From positions 3,790 to 67,789 of the IMG/VR virus record IMGVR_UViG_3300036861_000495: 64,000 nucleotides of DNA, one strand, 5' to 3'. A program made the translations under genes and the position numbers. The notes under the pieces were generated by a model. The model was not told the DNA's origin and ran no database searches. It was given only the letters and a program-made list of their open reading frames with translations. This document shows positions 48,850-57,079 of the stretch, one piece after another. This stretch comes from a virus. Every line of letters begins with the position of its first letter. The stretch's first letter is position 1.

Positions 48850-48863
48850 CTGTGGCTCTCCGA

Positions 48864-49121
48864 TTAGCCGTCGGCCGCGGTCTGCACAGGAAGGCGTTCA
48901 GCAGGATCTCGGTACTCGATTGGCGTCCGGTGGGCAATATGGAGCAGTAGGTCCATCCGGAATTGTCCGCGAGTCCTCGCTATGCGACCGAACGACTCCA
49001 ATACGTCGTAGTCGACGGTGAAACTCTCCTCGTCGGCGCAGACAAAGACACAGCCGCCGATCACGCGTCCATTCCCAAGCCAGACATCGAACGGTACCCC
49101 GAGTGGGAATTGCCAAACCAT
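48864..49121 (-). CDS. Hypothetical protein
   Basis: AAGGAG SD. Confidence 0.55.
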   Translation of the reverse strand: MVWQFPLGVPFDVWLGNGRVIGGCVFVCADEESFTVDYDVLESFGRIARTRGQFRMDLLLHIAHRTPIEYRDPAERLPVQTAADG

Positions 49122-49188
49122 CTGGTCTCCTTCTCGCGAGTAACAGCCCCCGCAACCACGTGGCTTACCGGCGCCACGAACCGGTACT

Positions 49189-49374
49189 TCAGGGCTGGGC
49201 CGCGCGCCCGCCGGAACTCAGCTTTTGGAAGCCGGCGTTCCCGTACTTTTTCCTGCCGATGGCGGCAGCTACCGCGCCTGCGTCTCGGACATTGCCCTTC
49301 TTCGCGATCTTGGTCTTCAACGCGGCGAACCTTCCGCCTTCGCCTAGCGGCGCCTTGGCATTCGGCTTAGCCAT
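49189..49374 (-). CDS. Small basic phage protein
   Basis: GEGGRFAALK...AVAAAIGRKKYG motif; TGATG coupling. Confidence 0.7.
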   Translation of the reverse strand: MAKPNAKAPLGEGGRFAALKTKIAKKGNVRDAGAVAAAIGRKKYGNAGFQKLSSGGRAAQP

Positions 49375-49607
49375 CAGTATCCTCCCACCGCCGGACGTCC
49401 ACCGCCCGGTAGCTTCTTAAAAGGCATGGCACCCTTGGCCAGTCCAGGACCCTGGGGCATCTGCTCTTCCTGCTGGACAGGCGTGGGCAGCACTTTCGGC
49501 TTTTTCTTGATCGGCCGCTTCATCTGCTTACCCTTGCCTTTCATCTTGTCACCCCTCCAATGCTGCACTCTCTCGGGCGAGCCGGTCCCGTAGTCGGTCT
49601 CAGCCAT
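49374..49607 (-). CDS. Small basic protein whose first 17 aa resemble the MCP N-terminus
   Basis: AGGTG SD; MAETDYGTGSPERVQHW followed by a Lys-rich tail. Confidence 0.6.
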   Translation of the reverse strand: MAETDYGTGSPERVQHWRGDKMKGKGKQMKRPIKKKPKVLPTPVQQEEQMPQGPGLAKGAMPFKKLPGGGRPAVGGY

Positions 49608-49617
49608 TATGACACAC

Positions 49618-49821
49618 CTACCGGGGTTCGTCCATGAAAGGCGCCTTGATGTTGTTCTCGATAGATTCCCGGGTGATGGGCGAACAGAGAAACAGATTGT
49701 CTCCATCACGGTCTACGCCTGGGTAACAGACCGTGTACGGCGTGGTCTGTGTAGTGGCGCATCCGGTCAGGGCCAGAGTCACTGCCATTCCTACCGCGAA
49801 CCACAACCAGAATACTCTCAT
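49618..49821 (-). CDS. Small lipoprotein
   Basis: Hydrophobic core plus LTGC lipobox. Confidence 0.7.
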   Translation of the reverse strand: MRVFWLWFAVGMAVTLALTGCATTQTTPYTVCYPGVDRDGDNLFLCSPITRESIENNIKAPFMDEPR

Positions 49822-50558
49822 GTTCGCCTCCTGTGTAGTGCTGTATTAAGGGCGATGCGGTAACTATTCCACCGCCTCCGCCAAGTACGGTTAGAGCGTT
49901 GCGCTGAGTGGATATTGCGGACTGTCATGGGGGTGTCCAAATTTCCGAGCCAGCCAGGCCGCCGGGCCATTCGTAGCCACAGGTCAAGATCTTGAGACAG
50001 ATCGTACTTAGCGTCGTAGTTACCGGCCGCCAGTACTGCCTCCCGGTTCATGAGAACCGCCGGATGAGCGAATGGCGACTCTGGCTTAAAACCTGCCAGC
50101 ATCTCACGGCACCCCGCATCCGTGAGCGGGTATTGGACGACGCTCGCTTCCCTGTTCTCCTGGTTCCATTCAAAGACCGCCGAACCAAGAACGACGTAAC
50201 GACCATTCTGCGCGGCCCGTATTTGACGGTCCAGGCGATCTGACATCATATAGTCATCCGCGTCCAAGCGCGCGACCCAGGGCGACTGTACCGCCGCTAC
50301 CGCATCACGCAGCACTACGGTCAGGCCGCGATGCTCGCCCGGCACAACGGTGCATCTAGGATCTCGCCCGCATGCCTCTATGGCAATAGCTCGGGTCCCA
50401 TCCGTTGACCCGTCATCCATTACGAGCAGCGTCCATTCGGCAAAAGTCTGCCTCCGGACTGACTCTATGGCGTCAGCTATGAAAGCCTCGGCATTGAAGG
50501 CTGGCAATATGACCGTCACCGGGGGCGTCAAGTTCCTGAGCAGCTTTCGGAAGTACAT
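49818..50558 (-). CDS. Glycosyltransferase, GT2 family
   Basis: VTVILPAFNAE, DDGSTDGT, RLDADD, HPAV and QDLDLWLR motifs. Confidence 0.92.
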   Translation of the reverse strand: MYFRKLLRNLTPPVTVILPAFNAEAFIADAIESVRRQTFAEWTLLVMDDGSTDGTRAIAIEACGRDPRCTVVPGEHRGLTVVLRDAVAAVQSPWVARLDADDYMMSDRLDRQIRAAQNGRYVVLGSAVFEWNQENREASVVQYPLTDAGCREMLAGFKPESPFAHPAVLMNREAVLAAGNYDAKYDLSQDLDLWLRMARRPGWLGNLDTPMTVRNIHSAQRSNRTWRRRWNSYRIALNTALHRRRT

Positions 50559-50872
50559 GTCGGCGTCGCTTCATCCGGCGCCTTAGGTTCAAGCGGCGAT
50601 ACTTCCTGGCATGGAGCCTGCGCAACCACGCTCCAACCATCCGTGTGCGTCGAACTCAGCGGCCTGTCTTCGGCGTCGATCAGGCGGGACGAGACGAACA
50701 CGCGGCACTGTTGGATTGGATTCCAGCTAGTGGGGGCTTCCGCACAGGTCGAAACTTGCACTTCCTGGCGCCAATTCGGCATGCCTTGGGGGGCTAAGTT
50801 GGGCAGGATGGGGAAGAAGTCAGAGAATACGATCGTGCATGCGAACAGGAAGAAGGTGCGGATAGTGGTCAT
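50528..50872 (-). CDS. Hypothetical protein with hydrophobic N-terminus and several Cys
   Basis: ATGA overlap with the upstream HNH stop. Confidence 0.5.
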   Translation of the reverse strand: MTTIRTFFLFACTIVFSDFFPILPNLAPQGMPNWRQEVQVSTCAEAPTSWNPIQQCRVFVSSRLIDAEDRPLSSTHTDGWSVVAQAPCQEVSPLEPKAPDEATPTCTSESCSGT

Positions 50873-51360
50873 GCGATGAACCGCAGGACCATATTCCGGC
50901 CCTTAGTTAGCCAGGCCGGTTGGCGCCGCTGGTCTTGGTTGCGCCGTCGCATACAGGCTCGACAGTCGCGCTGACCATCCCTCCTAATGCGGATACCGTC
51001 GCCAAACAGTCTGTGTCCGTGGAGACAATACTCCTTCAGGTCCAGCAGGATAGGTCGCGTGAGTTCGTCATGAGAGAACTCGTGTATCACTGAGCGAGTT
51101 TCTCGGTTGACACGCATCTTGATGGCGTTGCAGTTGGCGCATAGTATCTGATACTCCTGGCTGCCAGCTAGGATACGCCGCAAGATGGTGGCAAAGTAAC
51201 GGCTACCCAGAGGCTCCCGGTCCTTGCCGCCGCATCCGTGGACATGGTCGATGTGAAGCGCCCGCTCATCCTTGAATCCGCACGCTACACACAAATCACC
51301 CAGGGCCGCTAGACACCGCAACCGATCCCGCCTAGTCTTGCGGCGACGGTAGAGCGCCAT
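50869..51360 (-). CDS. HNH endonuclease with C-terminal CxxGH...CxxC domain (start revised to ATG 51360)
   Basis: CVACG...LHIDHVHG...YQILCANCN; CLHGH...CRAC. Confidence 0.82.
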   Translation of the reverse strand: MALYRRRKTRRDRLRCLAALGDLCVACGFKDERALHIDHVHGCGGKDREPLGSRYFATILRRILAGSQEYQILCANCNAIKMRVNRETRSVIHEFSHDELTRPILLDLKEYCLHGHRLFGDGIRIRRDGQRDCRACMRRRNQDQRRQPAWLTKGRNMVLRFIA

Positions 51361-51374
51361 CCTGCGGCGTGAGT

Positions 51375-51453
51375 TGGTTGCGCTGTCCGGATCTGCCCCG
51401 GATGGTTTCCGCCGTATGGGGGCGGCGAGCCGATCTAATGCTCCACCAGCGCT
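51375..51453 (-). tRNA. Non-canonical tRNA-Met(CAT)-like element, initiator-like, with encoded CCA
   Basis: Stems GCGCTG/CAGCGC, GAGC/GCTC, CCGCC/GGCGG (loop CCCATAC) and TCCGG/CCGGA (loop GGCAGAT); ends A-CCA. Confidence 0.7.
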
Positions 51454-51619
51454 ATCCAACATCATATCAGAGCCCACAAAATCAGCAACCCCACGAACGC
51501 CGCCCATCCGAAGGCTCCCGCCCACGACACGTCGCTACAACCCGGACATTCGGCGACGAAATGTTTCTTGCACTTGGCCACTTTCTCATCCTACTTCTCC
51601 CGAGACGGTGAGGTCAAGT

Positions 51620-51943
51620 TTAGGGAGTCTGCATCTCGAATTCTAACTTCCCTGGCACAGTCGCGGGTACAGTCTCCGAGCAGTCATCCTCTCGTTCATC
51701 CGTCGTCCAGTTCCAGTGACCAGGCCATCCGCCAAAGATCCTGACAGCATCGTAAGCGGTCTCGCACACAACGCCTGGAACTGGCGTTTCAAGTAGCAGT
51801 CAGAGAAGAAATTCCGCGTCGGCGATGTGGCGCAACCTAGCGTCACCGCCGGTGGTATAGGCTTCGTCGTGAGCGACACAACACGCTTCAGCGTCTGGCC
51901 AGATACCGGCCATGAAGGCGCCGGGCCCTGAACAGGCCGTCAC
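51620..51943 (-). CDS. Phospholipase A2-like (CC..HD..Y..GG) ORF with in-frame TGA at codon 48: selenoprotein candidate or pseudogene; not in ORF track
   Basis: MTACSG...EACCVAHDEAYTTGGDARLRHIADAEFLL*LLLETPVPGVVCETAYDAVRIFGGW...; the family pattern continues past the TGA (51800-51802). Confidence 0.6.
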
Positions 51944-52086
51944 GGCTTCATCTGGGTCGCGCCGGCGGGCGCTTCATCACGCCGTCTTCAGTGGCGAGAG
52001 GATCGGGCACCTCGAATGACAGCCTGGAATCCGGCTGTCGCCCACATGGTGTTCCCATCCGCTGGCGCATGGATGGCATGAACATA

Positions 52087-52464
52087 TTATATAGGCTTAT
52101 CGGCGCTGGCCAGCGCGGCCTTCTGACGTTCATGTAAGGTCCCGAAAGCATTGAATAGAATGCCGCAGAGCGCGTCATCTACCGATTCCCTGGCTACCTC
52201 GCCGACACCATCATGGTGGAGCCACAAATCCATGACGTGACGGAGCAGACTCTCTAGATATACGGCTTCCGGTATGCCTTTCTTCCAGTTGGATGAACTC
52301 CGAAGCTTTCCGTCGGCCTGTATTCTGTGCTGGTGCATGTAGGCTGCGTACCTGCGAAGGGCGAGCGGGGAGAGAAATCCTCCGTACTCATACTTGCCAT
52401 TCTCGGTGTCTCGTGTGGCGCCGGTCGAAAAGGTGCGAATGGTTTGTTTGCCGTCTGGTTCCAC
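52087..52464 (-). CDS. dATP/dGTP diphosphohydrolase-domain protein (DUF5664-like)
   Basis: RTFSTGATRD, NWKKGIP, SLLRH and LCGILFNA motifs. Confidence 0.8.
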   Translation of the reverse strand: MEPDGKQTIRTFSTGATRDTENGKYEYGGFLSPLALRRYAAYMHQHRIQADGKLRSSSNWKKGIPEAVYLESLLRHVMDLWLHHDGVGEVARESVDDALCGILFNAFGTLHERQKAALASADKPI

Positions 52465-52830
52465 TTACCAGCCCTCCGTGTCGACTGCTTGATGGGGGCA
52501 GCGGCCGTAGAATCCTTTCGCCAGGTTACAGTTGTGGCAGAGCACCTGATACTGACCATCCTGTGGGTAACCTGCCTGTTTCAGTAGAGATGCGATAGAG
52601 TGATTGCTACCGCCGGCTCGATGCGGTTTCCCATCTCCATTCACATGATCGAAGGCGAGGAATTCGTACGTTTTCTCCCCACAGCATCGGCATTCTCCGC
52701 CGTAGGCGGCCAGCGCCTGCTCTCTAATCTTGCGCCACCACTTCCTAGAGTATGCCCGGAGACGCTCACGCGGCTGTCTTCGTTCCCATGCCCGCGTTCG
52801 CGCCCTCTTCTCCGCCAGCGTCAAAGCCAT
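52465..52830 (-). CDS. HNH-like endonuclease
   Basis: YGGECRCCGE...FDHVNGDG...YQVLCHNCN. Confidence 0.82.
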   Translation of the reverse strand: MALTLAEKRARTRAWERRQPRERLRAYSRKWWRKIREQALAAYGGECRCCGEKTYEFLAFDHVNGDGKPHRAGGSNHSIASLLKQAGYPQDGQYQVLCHNCNLAKGFYGRCPHQAVDTEGW

Positions 52831-53867
52831 ACACGGTGCTCCGACGTAACTCCTCTCCGATCATGAGCGAACAGAAGCCATTGGCCCGGATCGGCTTGTG
52901 CTTTCAATTCTTCCCTGAGCCATTCGTTGTCCGATTCCGTCGAGCCGTTGATCCAGAGGATGCGCTTGTTGATAGGGACCGATGCTAATTGGTGCCAGTG
53001 GCCGGCCAGTGCATAGTCGAATCCCCCAGAGATGACCCCGGATGACCAGTTATTGATAGCTCTGATGAATCCGTAGTATGGAATGCCCGCGAATCCGCCC
53101 CCGCGCATTTGATCGCCATGCAGCAAGAAATAGCGCTTGGTACCGATCATGACTACTTTGTGCCAGGCCCGCTCTCCGGGAACATAGGTGGGGGCCCAGG
53201 TAAGGCGCGGTTCCTTCCCTAACATCTTCCGGGTCGCCTCGTACATCATGGCGTCGGCGTTGGACTCCGGATGGTAATGTTTACGACTAGGACCACCAAG
53301 TGCCCCGTGGTTACCAATGACATCATCGACGATGACCTCATCGAAGTAGTTCAGGGTATCCCGGATCATGGTGCCGAGGATCTCGGGGCCGTCCAGCATA
53401 ACCTGCCGGAAGAGGCTAGTATCTATACGATGCTCCTGGCCAGGGAAGATAAGCTCTCCCTCGACTAGATCCCCGAGAAGAAAGATGCGCGCTCTGCGGA
53501 TCGGCCTGTTGGATCTCTGGATGTCGGTCAGACGTCGAACCCTATTCGAGTACATGGCCACTCGCTTGGCGCAGACATCGCTGTTGTAGGTCGGTGTCTT
53601 CTTGCCCAACTGCCAGTCCGAGACAACCATGATGGCCGTCTCTGGGTCGTCGCTTCTCTGGTCTCGCTTGGGAGCAACCACAGGTTTGTAGACGACCTGC
53701 TCGGCCGCATCGCGGGCAGCTTTATAGACGGCCGCCACCAACTTGTCAGTTGAATGCTTTGCCGCGTCCAGGCGCCGCAGGAGTGAGGCGTTGACCGTCT
53801 GGAGTTTTCCTATCTGGTTCTCGGTCTTCGCCTCGGCGTGGATATTTCCAGCGGATCGTTTGGCCAT
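52821..53867 (-). CDS. Calcineurin-like metallophosphoesterase
   Basis: SDWQLG, GDLVEG, GNHG, HGD and GHWH motifs. Confidence 0.85.
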   Translation of the reverse strand: MAKRSAGNIHAEAKTENQIGKLQTVNASLLRRLDAAKHSTDKLVAAVYKAARDAAEQVVYKPVVAPKRDQRSDDPETAIMVVSDWQLGKKTPTYNSDVCAKRVAMYSNRVRRLTDIQRSNRPIRRARIFLLGDLVEGELIFPGQEHRIDTSLFRQVMLDGPEILGTMIRDTLNYFDEVIVDDVIGNHGALGGPSRKHYHPESNADAMMYEATRKMLGKEPRLTWAPTYVPGERAWHKVVMIGTKRYFLLHGDQMRGGGFAGIPYYGFIRAINNWSSGVISGGFDYALAGHWHQLASVPINKRILWINGSTESDNEWLREELKAQADPGQWLLFAHDRRGVTSEHRVWL

Positions 53868-54152
53868 TCAGCGTGCCTCCCGTTTGAGGGTGGACTTCAG
53901 CCTATTGCAATGTGGGCATCCCTGTCGAGTCCTGTTGATGGATTCCCGGGCTCCGGTATAGCCCCGCCTGGCTAGTGTCCTATGGATGGCGGCGATAGAG
54001 ATGGTTGGATCTTCTATAGCCTCAAAGGTCATCGCCGCGTCTTCCGGGTGCTCCTTGAGGTACAGCATCAGTTTGCATGTGTTTGGTCCGGCCGATTTCG
54101 ACTCGACGATGAATGTCTTCAGCGACAGTTTCTCGCGTTTCGGGATGGCCAT
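53868..54152 (-). CDS. Small hypothetical protein (start revised to ATG 54152)
   Basis: GGAGG SD; C...RTRQGCPHC pattern, often found upstream of phage phosphoesterases. Confidence 0.6.
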   Translation of the reverse strand: MAIPKREKLSLKTFIVESKSAGPNTCKLMLYLKEHPEDAAMTFEAIEDPTISIAAIHRTLARRGYTGARESINRTRQGCPHCNRLKSTLKREAR

Positions 54153-54270
54153 ACACCCTCCAATGGAAAGTGATCGTACCGTATCATCCTTTTCGGCTCT
54201 GATACAAGAGGCGAGGAGGCACACCGTTAGACCCCCATCAATAAATCCCGCCAGATATGCTGGAGTCAAA

Positions 54271-55893
54271 CTATATCCCCATGAAAGACCGCGGCGGTGG
54301 TTGTCGCGGAGCCGGCGCCGACGTACGTGTAAGGCGTCGCAGCCATTCAGCGGCCGGGTACTTGACCGCGAGTCCATAGAATAGGGCGTCGCATGGATTC
54401 GACCACTTTCCCGACACGCGTTTAGCGGCCTCGGAAGTCATGATGATCCTACCTGTCGTGTGATCCTTCGGATACCGGAAGCGCCCGGATAGGCCCGAGA
54501 TCAAATCCTTGTTCTCGTCCTTTTCTATCAGGACGAACCGCCGGCCGCCCTTAGCTCCGCGCTCGAAACAAGCCAGGGCCGACGCGCGCCTTTCCTCCCA
54601 ACCCACAGGGCCAGGCTGTAGCGACGTCCCGAGTAGTTGCATGAGAACCTGGCCGGCTGTGAGTTGCGTATGCAGGAACACCGGGTCTCCTATATCCTCG
54701 AATGTCAGTCCACCCTTTGGACCACGGCCCCATGACGTCGGCTGGGCGCCTCGCGTCAAGAGTTGGTTCTTACCAAGCCACGGAATGAGCCACTGTTTGA
54801 TCAACTGCTCCATGGTGGCGTTTTCCATCACGTGGCTACCCAGAACGTTGATCCCCCTGTTCTCCGGAAGCACCTGAAAGATACATACGGCCGGGTTCGG
54901 CTCCTGGTCCCAACCCCGCAGAATAGGAAGGTGCCTGAAGACCGGAAGCGCCTCGGCCGAGATATGCTCCTGCGAGAAATTCGGCACTACGGGTTCGCCG
55001 ATCTGTACACTGCCGCGCCGTCCCTCCACAAGCCTGACAACCAAATCTTGGCGTCCTATAGATTCCAGGAGAGCTCTATTGCGCTCAGTGTATCGCTCGA
55101 ATTCTTCGGCCGATTCTGTCCAGGCCTCACTCGTTGCATGATCTGTGGCCGTCTCTATCGCCAGCGCTCGAAAGTGTGCTGCTTTTTCATGCCCTGGAAT
55201 TGGGACTCGGAAGACTCGGATACTGGCCAGGCCGCGGGTCTCTAACTCATCTTCCACTTTGCCGATCCAGTGGTCATCATCCGGGCTGTTCATAGTGACC
55301 AGGATGCGCGGCCACGAGACACCAGGCTGCCGCAGGGACGTACCGCCCAGGGCCAGCACGTCGGCCGGGATGCCAGTGTCCAATCCGGCAGCAGCAGCAA
55401 TCTCTTCTAACCACAGAACCCCACAGACAAAGCCCTGCAACTTGTCAGCATCGTCAGGTCGATCTAGGCCGAAGAAGTAGATGTGCACCATCGGCACGAG
55501 ACCGTCGCTATCGTAGAGCACGCACTCGCGGCGTCCGTCACGCCATGCCATCTTGATACCCTTGCGCCCCATCTCTTCGATAGAGGCCAGAGTCGTTCGC
55601 TGGAGGTTGATGAAGGTGTCTCGGACACAGCCTACCCGAAGCGGGAGTGCCCACTTTCTGCCCTCGCGGTCAATTCTATCGGCCAGGGCGACACAGGCTA
55701 ATAAACCCGTCGCCGTCTTGCCTACGCCTCTCGGGCCTTCTCCAATGACTAGCCGCAACTCTCCAGCCGGCCCTTCCGCAACAGCGCCAAGAAAGTACTC
55801 CTGAGAAACTGTCGGTATGAATTCCCGGGTGATGGAAGGGGCGCTAGCCTGAAAGGCTTCGAGGGGAGTAACGCCGATGGAGCGCTCGGCCAT
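54271..55893 (-). CDS. terL: Terminase large subunit
   Basis: GPRGVGKT Walker A, LWLEE Walker B, TMNSP, RGWD nuclease motif and NPCDALFY. Confidence 0.85.
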   Translation of the reverse strand: MAERSIGVTPLEAFQASAPSITREFIPTVSQEYFLGAVAEGPAGELRLVIGEGPRGVGKTATGLLACVALADRIDREGRKWALPLRVGCVRDTFINLQRTTLASIEEMGRKGIKMAWRDGRRECVLYDSDGLVPMVHIYFFGLDRPDDADKLQGFVCGVLWLEEIAAAAGLDTGIPADVLALGGTSLRQPGVSWPRILVTMNSPDDDHWIGKVEDELETRGLASIRVFRVPIPGHEKAAHFRALAIETATDHATSEAWTESAEEFERYTERNRALLESIGRQDLVVRLVEGRRGSVQIGEPVVPNFSQEHISAEALPVFRHLPILRGWDQEPNPAVCIFQVLPENRGINVLGSHVMENATMEQLIKQWLIPWLGKNQLLTRGAQPTSWGRGPKGGLTFEDIGDPVFLHTQLTAGQVLMQLLGTSLQPGPVGWEERRASALACFERGAKGGRRFVLIEKDENKDLISGLSGRFRYPKDHTTGRIIMTSEAAKRVSGKWSNPCDALFYGLAVKYPAAEWLRRLTRTSAPAPRQPPPRSFMGI

Positions 55894-55922
55894 GTCTCTA
55901 TTCTACCCTTCGTTGTGATGCT

Positions 55923-55989
55923 CGCCGGTCACGAGTCTGTCCGCAAAGCAGACACGGCACAACTAGCGTCGTACCGCCCGTGACCGGCG
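55923..55989. repeat. 11-bp perfect inverted repeat enclosing a small hairpin upstream of terL
   Basis: CGCCGGTCACG (55923-55933) / CGTGACCGGCG (55979-55989). Confidence 0.65.
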
Positions 55990-56451
55990 CGCCCAGATTC
56001 CTACTTCCCCTTCTTGCCGAACGGATTTGGCTTTGGAGCGCCCTTCGGGGGCGCCGGAGTCTTGGGGTACGCCATTGACATCACCTCCTTCCACGCGTTC
56101 GACGGTCAGTTCCAGCCTGGGCCATAACTGCCCCAAACGCAATGATGCCTCGATCCAGTGCACCTGGGAATCGTCTTCCCAGAGCCCAGACCGCGTGATC
56201 CCATCGAGGACAGACTTGAACAGATTGTCAATGTCCACACGCCGCCGGGTTGCTCGGTGAAACGCGGCCGAGACACGAAATGGACCCAGTAATCCACGCG
56301 CCGGTGTGGCCCCTCTCACGGCTAGGGAGATCTTCTTCTGGTAGTCCTTACTGGTCTTGGGGGTGTAGACAACACCCACGCCGGCATGCCGGACAAACCT
56401 AGCGCGAGCAGTTGGAATAGGATCGCCCGAGACTGTGATCGTGAGGATCAC
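55963..56451 (-). CDS. rusA: RusA-family Holliday junction resolvase (start revised to GTG 56451)
   Basis: GDPIPTARAR and VDIDNLFKSVLDGI...WEDDSQV motifs. Confidence 0.9.
   Translation of the reverse strand: MILTITVSGDPIPTARARFVRHAGVGVVYTPKTSKDYQKKISLAVRGATPARGLLGPFRVSAAFHRATRRRVDIDNLFKSVLDGITRSGLWEDDSQVHWIEASLRLGQLWPRLELTVERVEGGDVNGVPQDSGAPEGRSKAKSVRQEGEVGIWARRSRAVRR
56001..56075 (-). CDS. 24-aa Pro/Lys-rich micropeptide overlapping the rusA 3' end
   Basis: Full SD AAGGAGGTGA 5 nt before ATG; MAYPKTPAPPKGAPKPNPFGKKGK. Confidence 0.5.
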   Translation of the reverse strand: MAYPKTPAPPKGAPKPNPFGKKGK

Positions 56452-56618
56452 GCCGACCGCCCCGGCTTTTTGAGTACCGGGTCTCCTTGCCATTGCCGCC
56501 AGGGGTGTCCAGATTTGTGCTTACGTGCGAGGTTGGCCGCTTCCTGGGAACTAAAGCGTCCCTTTGCATCTCGGCCGTCTCGTCTCGGCTTCTGGCGAGG
56601 AGTCCGCATCTCGCTCAT
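56448..56618 (-). CDS. Small basic protein (RDAKGRF motif); not in ORF track
   Basis: ATGA and GTGA overlaps on both sides; 56 aa. Confidence 0.6.
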   Translation of the reverse strand: MSEMRTPRQKPRRDGRDAKGRFSSQEAANLARKHKSGHPWRQWQGDPVLKKPGRSA

Positions 56619-57079
56619 ATCAAGACCACCTTGGCTCCGGCTTCCCAGCAGAGATCCCTGGCCCTATCAAGGGTGGCGCCCCATCTATCCCGCTTGTCAT
56701 CAGGACATACTGGAGCCACGAATCTTTTGATGCCGGCAGCTAGCATCAAAACTGCGCACGGCGTACATGAAAAGTAGGGCCAGGTATACAGGGTGGCTCC
56801 ACGGACTGATTGTCTAGCGTTGGCCAGAGCGTTGCGTTCGCAGTGCACTATCAGTTCGTATTTGATCTCTCGGCTATTGAGTCGCTCCGCGGTGTCTGCG
56901 ATGCCTGGCGGGAAGCCGTTATATCCGGAGGCCAGCATGATTCGGTGATCGTCCACAATCACGGCTCCGGTCTTAGTGGACGGGTCTTTGCTCCAACCGG
57001 CGATGAGCTGTGCCATAGCAAGGAAGCGTAGATCCCACTTCCTCTGTCGCTCTACCGCTTCTACCTCGGATAACTTCAT
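56615..57079 (-). CDS. dCMP deaminase
   Basis: WSKDPSTKTGAVIV, GYNGFP, HCERNA and SCTPC motifs. Confidence 0.9.
   Translation of the reverse strand: MKLSEVEAVERQRKWDLRFLAMAQLIAGWSKDPSTKTGAVIVDDHRIMLASGYNGFPPGIADTAERLNSREIKYELIVHCERNALANARQSVRGATLYTWPYFSCTPCAVLMLAAGIKRFVAPVCPDDKRDRWGATLDRARDLCWEAGAKVVLI

Noticed and set aside
49157-49186. Possible H-type pseudoknot after the stop at 49189 (TACCGG/CCGGTA and CGTGGC/GCCACG)
   Set aside because: The connecting loop is only 1-2 nt, and readthrough would hit TAA within 8 codons. Alternative small hairpins are more likely.
49618-49821. Lipoprotein as an o-spanin
   Set aside because: It is far from the lysis genes, and no adjacent or overlapping i-spanin is evident.
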